Shown in pieces: positions 48,929-59,642 of a DNA stretch of 64,000 bases (its first letter is position 1; each line of letters starts with the position of its first letter). The position numbers were made by a program, and so were the translations under genes. Below the pieces are notes generated by a model. That model was not told where the DNA came from, made no database searches, and saw only the letters and a program-made list of their open reading frames with translations. Source of the stretch: Candidatus Micrarchaeota archaeon (GTDB taxonomy: Archaea > Micrarchaeota > Micrarchaeia > Anstonellales > Bilamarchaeaceae). Where the stretch lies: NCBI GenBank assembly GCA_043827025.1, contig JBDRPL010000011.1:1-64000 (forward strand), written 5' to 3'.

Positions 48929-49243
48929 ATGGGAAGAACTAATGACAAATCATTCCTGAAGCGCACTACTGCGGAATCCATAGATTATCTCTTGGAAGTG
49001 GCAGGGAAAAACTTCGAAAAACACCCTGACCGCACTAAAAGATATGTGCGCATGGCCTGGGATCTTGTTAAAAAATACAAAATAAGGCTCAGTCCGGAAC
49101 AGAAAATTAAATTCTGCAGAAAATGCCTGTCCTTCCTTGCCTTGGAAAAAAACGCAAAAATCACCTTTGATAGTAAAAACAATAGCCTGTACGTCCAATG
49201 CACAAACTGCAATCACAGGCGCAGAATGGTCTTGCAAATCTGA
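48929..49243 (+). CDS. rnp4: RNase P protein subunit Rpp21
   Basis: RYVRMA, KIRL, FCRKC, CTNCNHRRR. Confidence 0.88.
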   Translation: MGRTNDKSFLKRTTAESIDYLLEVAGKNFEKHPDRTKRYVRMAWDLVKKYKIRLSPEQKIKFCRKCLSFLALEKNAKITFDSKNNSLYVQCTNCNHRRRMVLQI

Positions 49244-49277
49244 AAGTATTTAAAACCGTATCCTCTTAGTTTTCTTC

Positions 49278-50273
49278 ATGTTATCAGAGAGTTCATTGCC
49301 ACTGCTTAAAAAAGATTTGGAGAGACTTGAGTCTGAAATCGAAAAGTCCCTACCGTCCAAACCAGAAAAGGTCTATGAAATGCTTGTCCCTTATATAAGA
49401 AGGGGCGGAAAGAGGATAAGGCCTGTACTTTCAATATTGACTTGCCTTGCCTTTGGAGGCGCATCAAAAGATGTGCTGAAACCAGCGCTCATCATCGAGT
49501 TGTTCCATAATTTTACTCTTATTCATGATGATATTGAGGACAATTCGCTTATGAGGCGCGGAGAGCCTACATTGCACATCATATATGGAGTTCCAATTGC
49601 ACTTAATTCAGGAGATGCTCTTTACACTGCCATATGGCAGAACATCGTAGACCTTTCGCTTCCTGCGAATGAATTTCTTGAGCTTCAGAAGATGTATGTT
49701 TCCACATTTAGGGGCGTGGTTGAAGGCCAGGGGATAGAGCTTAGCTGGTATAATGACTGCAGGTTTGACATTTCAGAAGAGGATTATTTTTCTATGATAA
49801 CCGGAAAAACTGCTTGTTTGATAGGGCTGTCTTGCAAGGTCGGTGCATTTGTTGCAAAATGCGACAAGAAAATGCAGGACAATATGAAAAAATTCGGGGA
49901 GTATTTGGGCATCGCATTCCAGATACAGGATGATGTGCTTAATCTTGTAGGGGATGTAAAGAAATACAAGAAGGAAATAGGCGGAGACATCACCGAAGGA
50001 AAAAGGACGCTCATGGTGATACATGCTTTGAAGCGGGCCAATGCTTCGGATAAGGAATTCCTTGTCTCATGCCTGAAGAATCATGAGGTGGATGAGAAGA
50101 ACATAAAAAAATGCATCGACGTGCTTGTCAAACACAGGTCTATAGAATATGCAAAGGAAAAAGCAGTGATGTTCGTCAAAAAAGCCAGAGATTGCCTTGA
50201 TTCTGTTCCGGAATCTGTTTTCCGTGAAGAGCTTGGCAAGATGTGCGAATTTATCGTTTCGAGGGAAAGCTGA
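49278..50273 (+). CDS. Polyprenyl (geranylgeranyl-type) diphosphate synthase
   Basis: GGKRIRP, FTLIHDDIED..RRG, FQIQDD. Confidence 0.93.
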   Translation: MLSESSLPLLKKDLERLESEIEKSLPSKPEKVYEMLVPYIRRGGKRIRPVLSILTCLAFGGASKDVLKPALIIELFHNFTLIHDDIEDNSLMRRGEPTLHIIYGVPIALNSGDALYTAIWQNIVDLSLPANEFLELQKMYVSTFRGVVEGQGIELSWYNDCRFDISEEDYFSMITGKTACLIGLSCKVGAFVAKCDKKMQDNMKKFGEYLGIAFQIQDDVLNLVGDVKKYKKEIGGDITEGKRTLMVIHALKRANASDKEFLVSCLKNHEVDEKNIKKCIDVLVKHRSIEYAKEKAVMFVKKARDCLDSVPESVFREELGKMCEFIVSRES

Positions 50274-50312
50274 AGCGATATCAATATAAAGATTATATGA
50301 AAAGATGATTAT

Positions 50313-52415
50313 ATGTTATCCTTCAGGTTTGTATCGGTGCTTATCTTATGCATGTGTTTGGTCTATTCATTTAATCCGCAGGATTATCTTTATCCCGGGG
50401 AGAGCAGGACCAATATACTAAAGGAAAATTTCACCCAAGGGAATTCATTGTATTCCATAGTTGTCATGTCAGGAAAGCCTGCATTTTTGCTTAAAGACGG
50501 AGAATTGGTGCAGGACGATACAACCATAAAACAAGTAACTAAGATTTATTCAGCTTCCTTTTTTCCAAGCGACGAGGAAATAGCTTCCCTCAGGAATGCG
50601 ATTGTCGCATATAACGACAGTCGTAACAATGGATATGGCACTAATAAAGGACGCGAGGAAAATGAGTGCAGGAAAGTCCTTCTTATTGATGGCGGGGTCA
50701 AAATCGGCGCTGGAAGTGTCTACTGTAAGGATGAAGAGAGCTGCGATTTTGCTTCTAAGATACTTTTCAGTGCGTATCAGCAATGGATTGGCTGGGGAGG
50801 TTTTGGAGATGCCTATGATGATCTCACTGCATTTGCGCTTCCAAGCAACAATATGGATATTTTGATGAATGATTTGATTGGGAAGATGAATTCGATAACA
50901 ACAGAGAATGCGTATAGCACTGTTAAACATGTAAGAGATTCCATTCCGACTGCCAAGGGATATGAGTTGCAGATAGAATCAACCAAATTCAGGACTCCGA
51001 GGCAGGAGGATAATGCTGATAAGCAGGCTTGTTATCTGAAATGCTATGCGATGTGCCCTCCTTTGGATTTGGATGCATATTATCTTTCAGAAGCAGAAAA
51101 TGAATCCATCGCTCTTTTATCAAAAATAGAAGTATATAATGTCAAAGCCAACCTTCCTGAAGCTCTTGCTCAGGAGACAAAGGCGCGTTTTGCTTATATC
51201 GAAGGCGAGGAAAAGGCTGCCATCTACATAAGGCAATTTGGCCCTATGAGAGACAGTGCGAATCAAATACTTAATGAGAGCCAGTATACATTGAGCTTGA
51301 TTTCTGACCCTGGATTGGGGTTAAAGGCCAACAGGATGTCAGAACTCCTGACTAACATAAACATGAGCTTCAAGAACAGGAACTTCACAACAATGGATAT
51401 GGATTTGGATGAACTTGAGCGAGTGACCATCTCACTCAATGAATTAGTTCCTATTGTAAGAAAACTTTATGATGATACTGTGGCTTTGAAGGATGAAACA
51501 AATCTTGCCATACTGAATCTCCAGGGAAAAGATCTTTCTGATAATTCGAAACAGAGACTCGTCCAGCTTAAAACACTTACAGATTCAACTACACAACTCT
51601 TCAGGCCAGGCCTTTCTTCAAGCGTCTATCAGAACATGTCTTTGCAATATAGTTTGATATTCAACCAATCAAACGAGATTCTTGATGAATATAATTTGCA
51701 GCCTGTTTCATTCACAACCTTGAAATTCAGGGCATTTGCAAGGCGCGTCAATGACGGTTTCGCATCACTTTCCTCATCTACGAACTCCATCAACAATTCG
51801 GAAGTGAAGAATCAGTCACTTCCTGTGATCGGCGGTTTCTCTGCCCTTTCGTTCCTTTCCATAGTTGCATTGTTGTTATTTGTTTTCCTTGTATTGTTCT
51901 CTGGAATGAAGAATTCCGGCAGCTTGGCAAAAATAGGATTGGCATTTGTTTTTTTCGCACTTGTTATAGTGGTGCTTGTGTTTTCCGTTTTTCTTTATCT
52001 GAACATGGAGAACGCAGCCTTCAGCGCAAATATCGACGAATTTAGGTATTATGTCCAAAAGAGCAATCATATAGTCGTCCTTATGAATACGAGCGGAATT
52101 TCACAGGATGTGCGTTCCAGCATGGCTGAATGTTCTGTTGCCATTGCAAGAAATCTCGAGCAAGCCAATAGGTCTGTGGATGTGTTTTCGCTTGAAGGCG
52201 ATTCATGCAGTGTGGTTTACAGCACAAATTCCACTGTCCAGTCTGCTACGCCTTCTTTCTGCGAACAGAAAATAAATGAAAATCCATCATTTATCCTTAG
52301 TTATTCAAGCAGCACTAAGGACCCAATGTTTTTAACCTCTTATGAGAATAAAGCTTACTTATATGGGGATTCGGCGTACTATGGCGCCTGCATAATAAAA
52401 TCAGCTTTTAATTGA
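50313..52415 (+). CDS. Large exported/membrane protein
   Basis: Signal peptide, helical region, two TMs, Cys-containing C-terminal domain. Confidence 0.8.
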   Translation: MLSFRFVSVLILCMCLVYSFNPQDYLYPGESRTNILKENFTQGNSLYSIVVMSGKPAFLLKDGELVQDDTTIKQVTKIYSASFFPSDEEIASLRNAIVAYNDSRNNGYGTNKGREENECRKVLLIDGGVKIGAGSVYCKDEESCDFASKILFSAYQQWIGWGGFGDAYDDLTAFALPSNNMDILMNDLIGKMNSITTENAYSTVKHVRDSIPTAKGYELQIESTKFRTPRQEDNADKQACYLKCYAMCPPLDLDAYYLSEAENESIALLSKIEVYNVKANLPEALAQETKARFAYIEGEEKAAIYIRQFGPMRDSANQILNESQYTLSLISDPGLGLKANRMSELLTNINMSFKNRNFTTMDMDLDELERVTISLNELVPIVRKLYDDTVALKDETNLAILNLQGKDLSDNSKQRLVQLKTLTDSTTQLFRPGLSSSVYQNMSLQYSLIFNQSNEILDEYNLQPVSFTTLKFRAFARRVNDGFASLSSSTNSINNSEVKNQSLPVIGGFSALSFLSIVALLLFVFLVLFSGMKNSGSLAKIGLAFVFFALVIVVLVFSVFLYLNMENAAFSANIDEFRYYVQKSNHIVVLMNTSGISQDVRSSMAECSVAIARNLEQANRSVDVFSLEGDSCSVVYSTNSTVQSATPSFCEQKINENPSFILSYSSSTKDPMFLTSYENKAYLYGDSAYYGACIIKSAFN

Positions 52416-52870
52416 ATGGTGATTTGATGAATAAGAATGATTACGTTACATTATTTTTAGTGGTGGTCTTGGCATTGTTGGTTGCTTTGGCATATCTTAA
52501 AATGGAGGCTGAAACACCTGTTGCACCGGATGTTTTTGCAGAAACCCTTTCTGCTTCAGATACTGTCTTCCTGGTTCAGGATATTCGTGGTGCTGTTGAG
52601 CCTGCGCGTACAAATATAATGCAGTGCGGAGTTGATTTTGCAGGCAGCCCACGGTTTGTGGACAAGAAGCTCGTGATCTTCGCATTCGAAGGTAATGACT
52701 GTTACTTCCTTGAAGGGATTGGAACAGTTGACAATTGCCTTTCCCAGATCAAGGATTTTCCAATGATTCACATAAAGCAGGGCAATATGACTCAGAATGT
52801 TTTCTATAAGACAAAAGCAGTTGTCAATGTTGGAGCAGAGTACAATAAGAATGATTGCTCGATAAGATGA
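52412..52870 (+). CDS. Membrane-anchored protein paralogous to the C-terminal domain of 50313..52415
   Basis: Shared four-Cys pattern and VF.FEG..C motif. Confidence 0.75.
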   Translation: MNGDLMNKNDYVTLFLVVVLALLVALAYLKMEAETPVAPDVFAETLSASDTVFLVQDIRGAVEPARTNIMQCGVDFAGSPRFVDKKLVIFAFEGNDCYFLEGIGTVDNCLSQIKDFPMIHIKQGNMTQNVFYKTKAVVNVGAEYNKNDCSIR

Positions 52871-52895
52871 ATAAATTAGTTGCTCTATTGAACCT

Positions 52896-54104
52896 TTATT
52901 GCAGCCTGTATCTCAGGAATGCGCCTATTCCTGCGAATCCCACAAGGAACTGAGCACCTTCTGCCGTGTCATTAGAGATTACTGTGACTTCGATATTCAT
53001 TTCTTTGGCAAGCTCGATTATGTCTTCTATGAGCGGAACATCCTCTCCCTTTTTCGCCATGTTGGCTTCACATTTGCTGCACTGAATTGATGAGGGGAGA
53101 GTGTCCTTGCTTACCTTATAATTCTCAGCTCCGCATGAAGAGCAGGTATATTTGGCCACATTGTATTCCAAAACTTCTGAGACAAGGACTTTGTCTGCCT
53201 GCTTGCTAAGTATCGCTTCGCGCACTTGTTTCTCCCCATATGTTGCGAGCCCGCCCCTTACCACTTCTTTTATGAATTGGTCAACTATTTTCTTTTCCTT
53301 GATTGCTTCCTGCTCTGCAAGTATATCCTCGCTCTTTGCCAGGACTTCACGCACGCCGTATTCATCTGTGTATCCGGTATCAACGCAACCCAATACCTTC
53401 AATTGATAGTTGTAAGTCTGGGATTTCATGAAAAAGTCTTTGGTCGGCCCTGGGCCTCCGACTATGACTCCTTTGACATTGTTTAGGAAGTATCGGTCCA
53501 TTGCCTCTCCTACCCTGACGTAATATTTTTCTATGCTTTCTTCAATGAGCCGTTCGTACCTTCTGGCCGATTGCCCTCCTGCATTGTGCTTTGCATGTGC
53601 CATGGAATTCAATCTATGCAATATTTGGACATTGGTTCCTTTTACGATTGCAATTGTTGCTTCCCTTCCATCCAATACAACTATTCCGTAGGAATCTTTC
53701 TTTGTTATCATTTCCTCCAGAGGACCAAGGAAGAATTTGCTATCGCACCTGTAGGTCCCTATGTTCAGCTTTTGGATAGGTTCTATGGAAAATAGCTCTA
53801 TGTCTGTTTTTGAAGGGTTGTCTGACGTATTTCCTGAAAAAATGGCAATGCCGTTTTCAGGGGGCTTTTTGTAGACCTTAAGGTGATGGATTATCCTTTC
53901 AAGAGCATCTATTACATTGGTTTTGGTCTGCTTGGATTTTATGTTGCTTGCCTGGCTCATTTCCTCTCTTAGTTTGTTCGACATCTCATGTATCTGCGAG
54001 CCTGCAGGTATGTAAACCGAAATGAGCTGGGTGCCGCTGCCCTGGAATTTGGACAGTCTCTTCAGCGCTTTCCTGAACCCATATTCTTTTTCCGAATCAG
54101 TCAT
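52896..54104 (-). CDS. prf1: Peptide chain release factor aRF1
   Basis: ASNIKS, YRCDSKF, GGQSARR, C-terminal CxxC pairs. Confidence 0.96.
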   Translation of the reverse strand: MTDSEKEYGFRKALKRLSKFQGSGTQLISVYIPAGSQIHEMSNKLREEMSQASNIKSKQTKTNVIDALERIIHHLKVYKKPPENGIAIFSGNTSDNPSKTDIELFSIEPIQKLNIGTYRCDSKFFLGPLEEMITKKDSYGIVVLDGREATIAIVKGTNVQILHRLNSMAHAKHNAGGQSARRYERLIEESIEKYYVRVGEAMDRYFLNNVKGVIVGGPGPTKDFFMKSQTYNYQLKVLGCVDTGYTDEYGVREVLAKSEDILAEQEAIKEKKIVDQFIKEVVRGGLATYGEKQVREAILSKQADKVLVSEVLEYNVAKYTCSSCGAENYKVSKDTLPSSIQCSKCEANMAKKGEDVPLIEDIIELAKEMNIEVTVISNDTAEGAQFLVGFAGIGAFLRYRLQ

Positions 54105-54115
54105 CTATTTCACTT

Positions 54116-54694
54116 TTATTCCAATATGTGGACTTTTCCTGTAGCAAGAGAATATTTCATACCAACTATTTTTAATTTCCCTTCCTTTTCCAGATGCTGG
54201 ATTATGGTTGAGCAGTGCCTCATGTTTTCAATGCTCTTCCGGACATTGCATTCTATGCATTCTTCTATTTCTTCATGCTGTTCTTTGCCTTCGCCTTCTT
54301 TGTGAGTGTGGATTGAAGGCTGGATTTTTGTGATGATTGCAGAGATGTTACCGCCTGCTTCTCCGCCGTGGTATGTGGCAGTGACTGCACCGCACTTTTC
54401 ATGGCCCAATACGATCAGCAAAGGAGTGTGTAAATGTTCTGTACCATATTCTATGCTTCCAAGAGCAACAGGGTCGCATACGTTTCCTGCTGTCCTTACT
54501 ATGAACAGTTCGCCAATGCCTGCATCGAATATGAATTCAGGTACTACTCTCGAATCGCTGCAGGATAGGATTGTTACAAACGGCTTTTGACCATTGAGCA
54601 CTGTCTTTCTCTGTTCATCGAAGTTCTTCGGATTGTTTTTTCCATTCACGAATCTTTTGTTCCCTTCCATCATTTTTTCAAGTGCCTTTTCCAT
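54116..54694 (-). CDS. Beta-class carbonic anhydrase
   Basis: CSDSRV, RTAGN, LGHEKCGAV. Confidence 0.94.
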   Translation of the reverse strand: MEKALEKMMEGNKRFVNGKNNPKNFDEQRKTVLNGQKPFVTILSCSDSRVVPEFIFDAGIGELFIVRTAGNVCDPVALGSIEYGTEHLHTPLLIVLGHEKCGAVTATYHGGEAGGNISAIITKIQPSIHTHKEGEGKEQHEEIEECIECNVRKSIENMRHCSTIIQHLEKEGKLKIVGMKYSLATGKVHILE

Positions 54695-54715
54695 ATCCTC
54701 ACCTAATTATAATCA

Positions 54716-55786
54716 TCATAAATCCTTTATTTCATCATTCTTTTGGACTTCTTTGGGTGTTTCTTCCGAACTCTCTTTTTTTGCTTCTTCGTTTCCATTT
54801 TTCTTTTTTTTCTTAGAATAGAAATAGATCGCAAGAAATACTGCGTCGAACAGGAAAAAGAGTGCAACTGCCGTCAATATGAACGAGCCGTTGATCTCCC
54901 AGTCAACTGTGCTTTCGAGATTGCCTGGCTCTACGTATTTGTGGTTCACGAAGAATGTCGGGGTTCCCCTTATGTTTGATGAAAGGCCCTCCTGTTCCAG
55001 TTTTGCTATTTTTTCTTCCACATCTCTTGAATTCATACAGCCATTGAATTCTGTTTCATTCAGATTGAGTTGTTTTGCATATTCCAGCAGTTTAGCTGCG
55101 TTTGCCTGGAATTCCTGCTGATGATTGAAAAGAACTTCCCTGTATTCCCAGTACTTGTCCTGTTCGTAGGCACATATGGAAGCCATTGCAGCTTTTCTGG
55201 AATTCGAGTGTGTTTCTATTGGCAATACTTTGTAGACATACCTTACGTCCTCAGGGTAGTTTTGAAGTATCTTTTGGACAGTCGGTTCAACTCCTTTTGT
55301 ATACGGGCAGCTGAAGCACCCGAATTCGATTATCTCTACTTTCGCATCCTTTGGTCCGAAGACAATGCCTTCTTCGGTATTTGGACATATCGGGTTTCCT
55401 GTTGGTCCGGTCACAGTTGTCCCATTTGATCCAGTAAGTACTTGGTAAGGGCAGAAACCCGTGGGGTTGGCAGGGTCACATGTCCCATAGAGTATGAAAT
55501 TATAGAATCCTACCAATACGTATGCAAGGCTCACTAAACTTATTATCAAAAATATCAATGATAACAGTTCAAAGTGCTTGTTCACGAAATTCGCAACTGG
55601 CGGCGACCTGTCCAATATGGGTGCAAGCACTCCTGCCTTTATCTTCTTGTCTAATCCCACGTCACAGGGCCTGAATGTTATCTTGAGAAAAACGCACCTG
55701 AATGCCTCTTTTGCGAGCTGCCGGTATTTTGCCGAGAATATTCCAAGCACTGCAAACACTATGAGTGCAATAAAACACGCTACCAT
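54716..55786 (-). CDS. Membrane-anchored DsbA/thioredoxin-fold protein
   Basis: FGCFSCPYT, GTPTFFVN, N- and C-terminal TMs. Confidence 0.85.
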   Translation of the reverse strand: MVACFIALIVFAVLGIFSAKYRQLAKEAFRCVFLKITFRPCDVGLDKKIKAGVLAPILDRSPPVANFVNKHFELLSLIFLIISLVSLAYVLVGFYNFILYGTCDPANPTGFCPYQVLTGSNGTTVTGPTGNPICPNTEEGIVFGPKDAKVEIIEFGCFSCPYTKGVEPTVQKILQNYPEDVRYVYKVLPIETHSNSRKAAMASICAYEQDKYWEYREVLFNHQQEFQANAAKLLEYAKQLNLNETEFNGCMNSRDVEEKIAKLEQEGLSSNIRGTPTFFVNHKYVEPGNLESTVDWEINGSFILTAVALFFLFDAVFLAIYFYSKKKKKNGNEEAKKESSEETPKEVQKNDEIKDL

Positions 55787-55922
55787 AATGATAATGTTAT
55801 TTGTTCGTTTTTAAATACTTTTCCTCCGTAGTCTTTGCATGCCAAAGAAGCAGCGAAGTCGAGGCTCATTATCAAAGAGATAAAAAATTTGGTTGAATTG
55901 TGCGGGAAATCAGCAGGATAAT

Positions 55923-56630
55923 TTAAACCAACTTTAGTTTCTCAACGCCCCATTTTTCGAATTCCTCTTCAATCGCCTTTCCGATTGCTTCGCCTGGGTT
56001 TTCATTCTTGTATATTGTAGGAAGAAGGTCAAGAGCATTGCTCAACGAATAATAGTTGACTCCTTTTTCCTTTATTGCCTGTTGAACGCCTTTCCTGTCA
56101 TCTCTCAGTTCCATTCTGTTTGTCAGGCCAAATGCTGCGACTATTTCAACACCAAGCTCCTTGAGCTGGTCAATAGTAGTAAGAAGAGAGCTGCCTGTTG
56201 TTGTGACGTCTTCCAATATTATTACCTTTCCCCTAGGTTCCCCTACGAAATATTTGTCTTTTGGAGCTCCATGCTCTTTTGGTTTACCGCGACCCATTGG
56301 GATAACATGGCTTCCTTTGCTTAAATTTGAAGATGATTTTGCAAATTTGTATTGGGTGATCACGCCAAGCTTTGACGCGCCTTCAGGCACTCCATAAAAA
56401 CAGTCCGGCTTTGCAAGTCCAAGATCATTTGTGAATGCAATCACAAAATCTGTGAGTTTATCCAGCAGATATGCATCCTCGCTTGCATTCCTCCAATTCA
56501 CGTACCAGTTCGACATCCTTCCTGATTTGAGCTTGATTGGTTCCTTGAAGAAACCCACAATCTTGTTTTCAATTACAAATTTATTGAATTCATCTTGATT
56601 AAATGCACATTTGGTTGTCATATGAAACAC
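55923..56630 (-). CDS. pyrE: Orotate phosphoribosyltransferase
   Basis: LKSGRMSNWYVN, KEHG, ILEDVTTTGSS. Confidence 0.85.
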   Translation of the reverse strand: MFHMTTKCAFNQDEFNKFVIENKIVGFFKEPIKLKSGRMSNWYVNWRNASEDAYLLDKLTDFVIAFTNDLGLAKPDCFYGVPEGASKLGVITQYKFAKSSSNLSKGSHVIPMGRGKPKEHGAPKDKYFVGEPRGKVIILEDVTTTGSSLLTTIDQLKELGVEIVAAFGLTNRMELRDDRKGVQQAIKEKGVNYYSLSNALDLLPTIYKNENPGEAIGKAIEEEFEKWGVEKLKLV

Positions 56631-56641
56631 ACTTCTCGTTA

Positions 56642-57493
56642 TTATTTGCTAAACCTTTTAACTCCTGCGTCAACAAGAGCCTTGTCCAATACTTTCCTTA
56701 GATTCGGAGAAAGTTCCTCTTTCTTGGAAAGAAAGAACGTGAGGCGTTCCATATCGCCGTTATTGGCACATATATTCATGCATTCGATCATTGCTGCTTC
56801 CACAAGAGGCTTTTCAGATGGTTTTGCAGCAGTGTATCTGTCAAACAGCTGTTTCACTTCCCGTCCAGTTGCAAGGCTTCGCAATTCGTAACTGTCCACG
56901 CCTTCGCTTTCCTTCAACAGTTTGATGACTTCCGTATTTCCACTGTCATTTGCATATGCGACAGCAGTTTTTCCAGCATTTGTTTTTATGTTCGCATTTG
57001 CCTTGTATTTCAGCAATAGCTTTACTGTTTCTACCTTTCCTTCGGTTGCAGCAAGCATGAGCGCTGTTCGTCCGCGTTCGTCCTGCATATTGGCATCTGC
57101 TCCTTTCTCCAGAAGCAGTTTGATGATCTCAGGCACATTCTCGCCTCTTGCCGCTTCCATCAAAGCAGTTGCCTTGTATTCGTCAATTGCATTTACATTC
57201 GCTCCTTTTGCAAGGGCATCTTTCACTTGTTCAATCTTGCCTGTATTTGCGTTTCTTATGAGTTGCATGTCAGCAGGATTTATCTGGGCAGTTTTGCTGT
57301 TCCTTGCCTTTTCAATCTCCTTCTTCAAGAATTCTGATAATTCCTTGTTTCCTGCAATAGCCGCAGCCATCCAGGCTTCAGCACCATATTTATCTTTCGT
57401 CAGCACATCTGCTCCTTTTGCCAAGGCTTCTTTGGCCGCATCCATGTCTCCTTTTTCAACAGCTTCTATAAATTTTTTGTCAATTTCTTGCAT
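56642..57493 (-). CDS. Ankyrin repeat protein
   Basis: Repeated G.TALM.AA..G..e.VklLL..GAd.N. Confidence 0.93.
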   Translation of the reverse strand: MQEIDKKFIEAVEKGDMDAAKEALAKGADVLTKDKYGAEAWMAAAIAGNKELSEFLKKEIEKARNSKTAQINPADMQLIRNANTGKIEQVKDALAKGANVNAIDEYKATALMEAARGENVPEIIKLLLEKGADANMQDERGRTALMLAATEGKVETVKLLLKYKANANIKTNAGKTAVAYANDSGNTEVIKLLKESEGVDSYELRSLATGREVKQLFDRYTAAKPSEKPLVEAAMIECMNICANNGDMERLTFFLSKKEELSPNLRKVLDKALVDAGVKRFSK

Positions 57494-57740
57494 AGTACCT
57501 ACCGAAACAGCTTATGCAGCCAAAGTTAAAATATATCTCTTTGTTATTACTGTTCATGGTTACTTCCCCAACATTAAGAAAGGAATATTGCAGCATATGC
57601 AAAAAGGAATTCAGTACAATGCCTCCGAATAGTACAGGTGGGTTTGTTGAGTTCAAGGAAACAAAGGCATTTGTTAGCAGAAGCAATTAAAATGCTTCGA
57701 GAGAAGAAATAAATGACGAAGTATAGATTGAGGTATCAAC

Positions 57741-59216
57741 ATGGGATTTAATAATGCTAACTTAAAGAAGCCTGATTTGAAAAGAATATCTGACGTTATA
57801 TGGGAAATCGACCCTTCCTTTAAAGAAGGAATGAGGGTTCCAGCAAGGCTTTACGCAACTGATAAGCTTATCAATCACATGGATTTGTCCGTTTTCGATC
57901 AAATAACAAACGTTGCAACTTTACCAGGAATACAGAAGTATGCATATTGTATGCCCGATGGCCATTCAGGATATGGATTTCCAATAGGCGGATTGGCTGC
58001 AATGGATATTAATGACGGAGGAGTCATCAGCCCTGGCGGAATTGGTTTTGATATAAATTGCGGAATGCGGCTTTTAACCACAAATCTTACGTTGAATGAT
58101 GTGAAGCCTAAGTTAAAGGAATTGGTCAATAGTTTCTTTGATAGAGTTCCTACTGGAGTGGGATGCACAGGATTTGTAAAAATCGATAAAACCGAGTTCA
58201 AGAAATCTATTGAGCAGGGTGCCAAATGGGCAGTTGAAAAAGGCTATGGCTGGGCTGAAGACCTAGAAAGAACAGAAGCCAATGGCTGTGATGAGGGTGC
58301 AGATGCAAAGACTGTCAGCGAAACTGCGATCAAAAGGGGCTTCAACCAGATTGGTACTTTAGGCTCTGGTAATCATTATCTTGAAGTCCAGCATGTAAAA
58401 GAAGAAAATATCTTTGACAAGCAACTTGCAAAGAAATGGGGCATTTTCCCTGATCAAATAGTGGTGATGTTTCACTGCGGAAGCAGAGGCTTTGGACACC
58501 AGGTTGCAACTGATTACTTACAATCATTCTTGTCAGTCATGGAAAGCAAATTCAAGATCAACATACTTGATCGCGAGCTTGCATGCGCACCTTTTGATTC
58601 AAAAGAGGGGCAGGATTATTTCTCTGCAATGAAATGTGCTGTGAATATGGCATTTGCAAATAGGCAGACAATTGCGCATCGAATAAGGGAAGTGTTCGCA
58701 AAAGTATTCAATACTGATGCTGAGAAATTGGGAATGCACCAAGTTTATGATATTGCTCACAATAGGGCTTCATTGGAAAAACATAAGATAGATGGGCAGA
58801 TGAAGGAACTGCTTGTGCACAGGAAAGGTGCAACAGCTGCATTTGGCCCTGGCCATGAATCCATTTGCGGACCTTACAAACAAGATGGCCAGCCAGTAAT
58901 AATCGGCGGTTCAATGGAAACAGGTTCATACTTGCTTGCAGGGGTTGCATCAGGTGAATCAACTTTCTTCACAACTGCCCATGGCGCAGGAAGAACAATG
59001 AGCCGGGCAGAGGCCAAGAGAAAGTGGAATGGCACACAGTTGCAGAAGGATCTTGAGAACAAGGGCATTTACATAAAGACAGCTTCATACGCAGGGCTTG
59101 CAGAAGAAGCAGGCGGAGCATACAAAGAGATCGACGATGTCATAGAAGCAACAGCTTTGGCAGGGATCTCAAAGAAGGTTGTGAAGCTGGTTCCAATTGG
59201 GAATATTAAGGGATGA
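57741..59216 (+). CDS. rtcB: RNA-splicing ligase RtcB
   Basis: MPDGHSGYGFPIG, DINCG, GSGNHYLE, HCGSRG, HRKGAT, HGAGR. Confidence 0.97.
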   Translation: MGFNNANLKKPDLKRISDVIWEIDPSFKEGMRVPARLYATDKLINHMDLSVFDQITNVATLPGIQKYAYCMPDGHSGYGFPIGGLAAMDINDGGVISPGGIGFDINCGMRLLTTNLTLNDVKPKLKELVNSFFDRVPTGVGCTGFVKIDKTEFKKSIEQGAKWAVEKGYGWAEDLERTEANGCDEGADAKTVSETAIKRGFNQIGTLGSGNHYLEVQHVKEENIFDKQLAKKWGIFPDQIVVMFHCGSRGFGHQVATDYLQSFLSVMESKFKINILDRELACAPFDSKEGQDYFSAMKCAVNMAFANRQTIAHRIREVFAKVFNTDAEKLGMHQVYDIAHNRASLEKHKIDGQMKELLVHRKGATAAFGPGHESICGPYKQDGQPVIIGGSMETGSYLLAGVASGESTFFTTAHGAGRTMSRAEAKRKWNGTQLQKDLENKGIYIKTASYAGLAEEAGGAYKEIDDVIEATALAGISKKVVKLVPIGNIKG

Positions 59217-59270
59217 ATTCTTTCTTGCTGTTTGGTTAGATATATAAATTCATCTTCCTTTATTTTATCT

Positions 59271-59642
59271 ATGCAAGAGGAATCACGCCTATGGCTGAAA
59301 CAAGCTGAAGAAGATCTGAATACTGCAGAAGCAATTATGAAATCCTCGAAATTTTACGCCTCTGTTTTCTTTGCACAACAGGCTGCTGAAAAAGCGCTCA
59401 AGGCAGTTTACATTAAGAAATTCAATGATTTGGCAAAGGTTCACGATTTGGTTTTCCTTGGTCGGAAAGTTGGTTTATCTCCTGAAATTTTGGAAGGCTG
59501 CGTTTATCTTAATCGTGCATATATCGAATCGCGCTATCCTGGAGATTTGAAAACGCCTTCAGAGAAATTTTCCAAATCAGAAGCATCAAAAGGTATTGAT
59601 ATTGCTAAAGAGGTATTGGTATGGGTAAAAAAAATACTTTAA
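59271..59642 (+). CDS. HEPN-domain protein
   Basis: WLKQAEEDL, QQAAEKALKA, HDL, YIESRYP; start set at ATG 59271. Confidence 0.9.
   Translation: MQEESRLWLKQAEEDLNTAEAIMKSSKFYASVFFAQQAAEKALKAVYIKKFNDLAKVHDLVFLGRKVGLSPEILEGCVYLNRAYIESRYPGDLKTPSEKFSKSEASKGIDIAKEVLVWVKKIL

Noticed and set aside
56922..57632. 236-aa ORF antisense to the ankyrin gene, and similar antisense or shifted ORFs across the window
   Set aside because: They shadow well-supported genes and carry no motifs of their own.
57556..57700. YCSICKKEF-containing short frame before rtcB
   Set aside because: No in-frame ATG immediately upstream and only one CxxC; cannot be supported as a gene.
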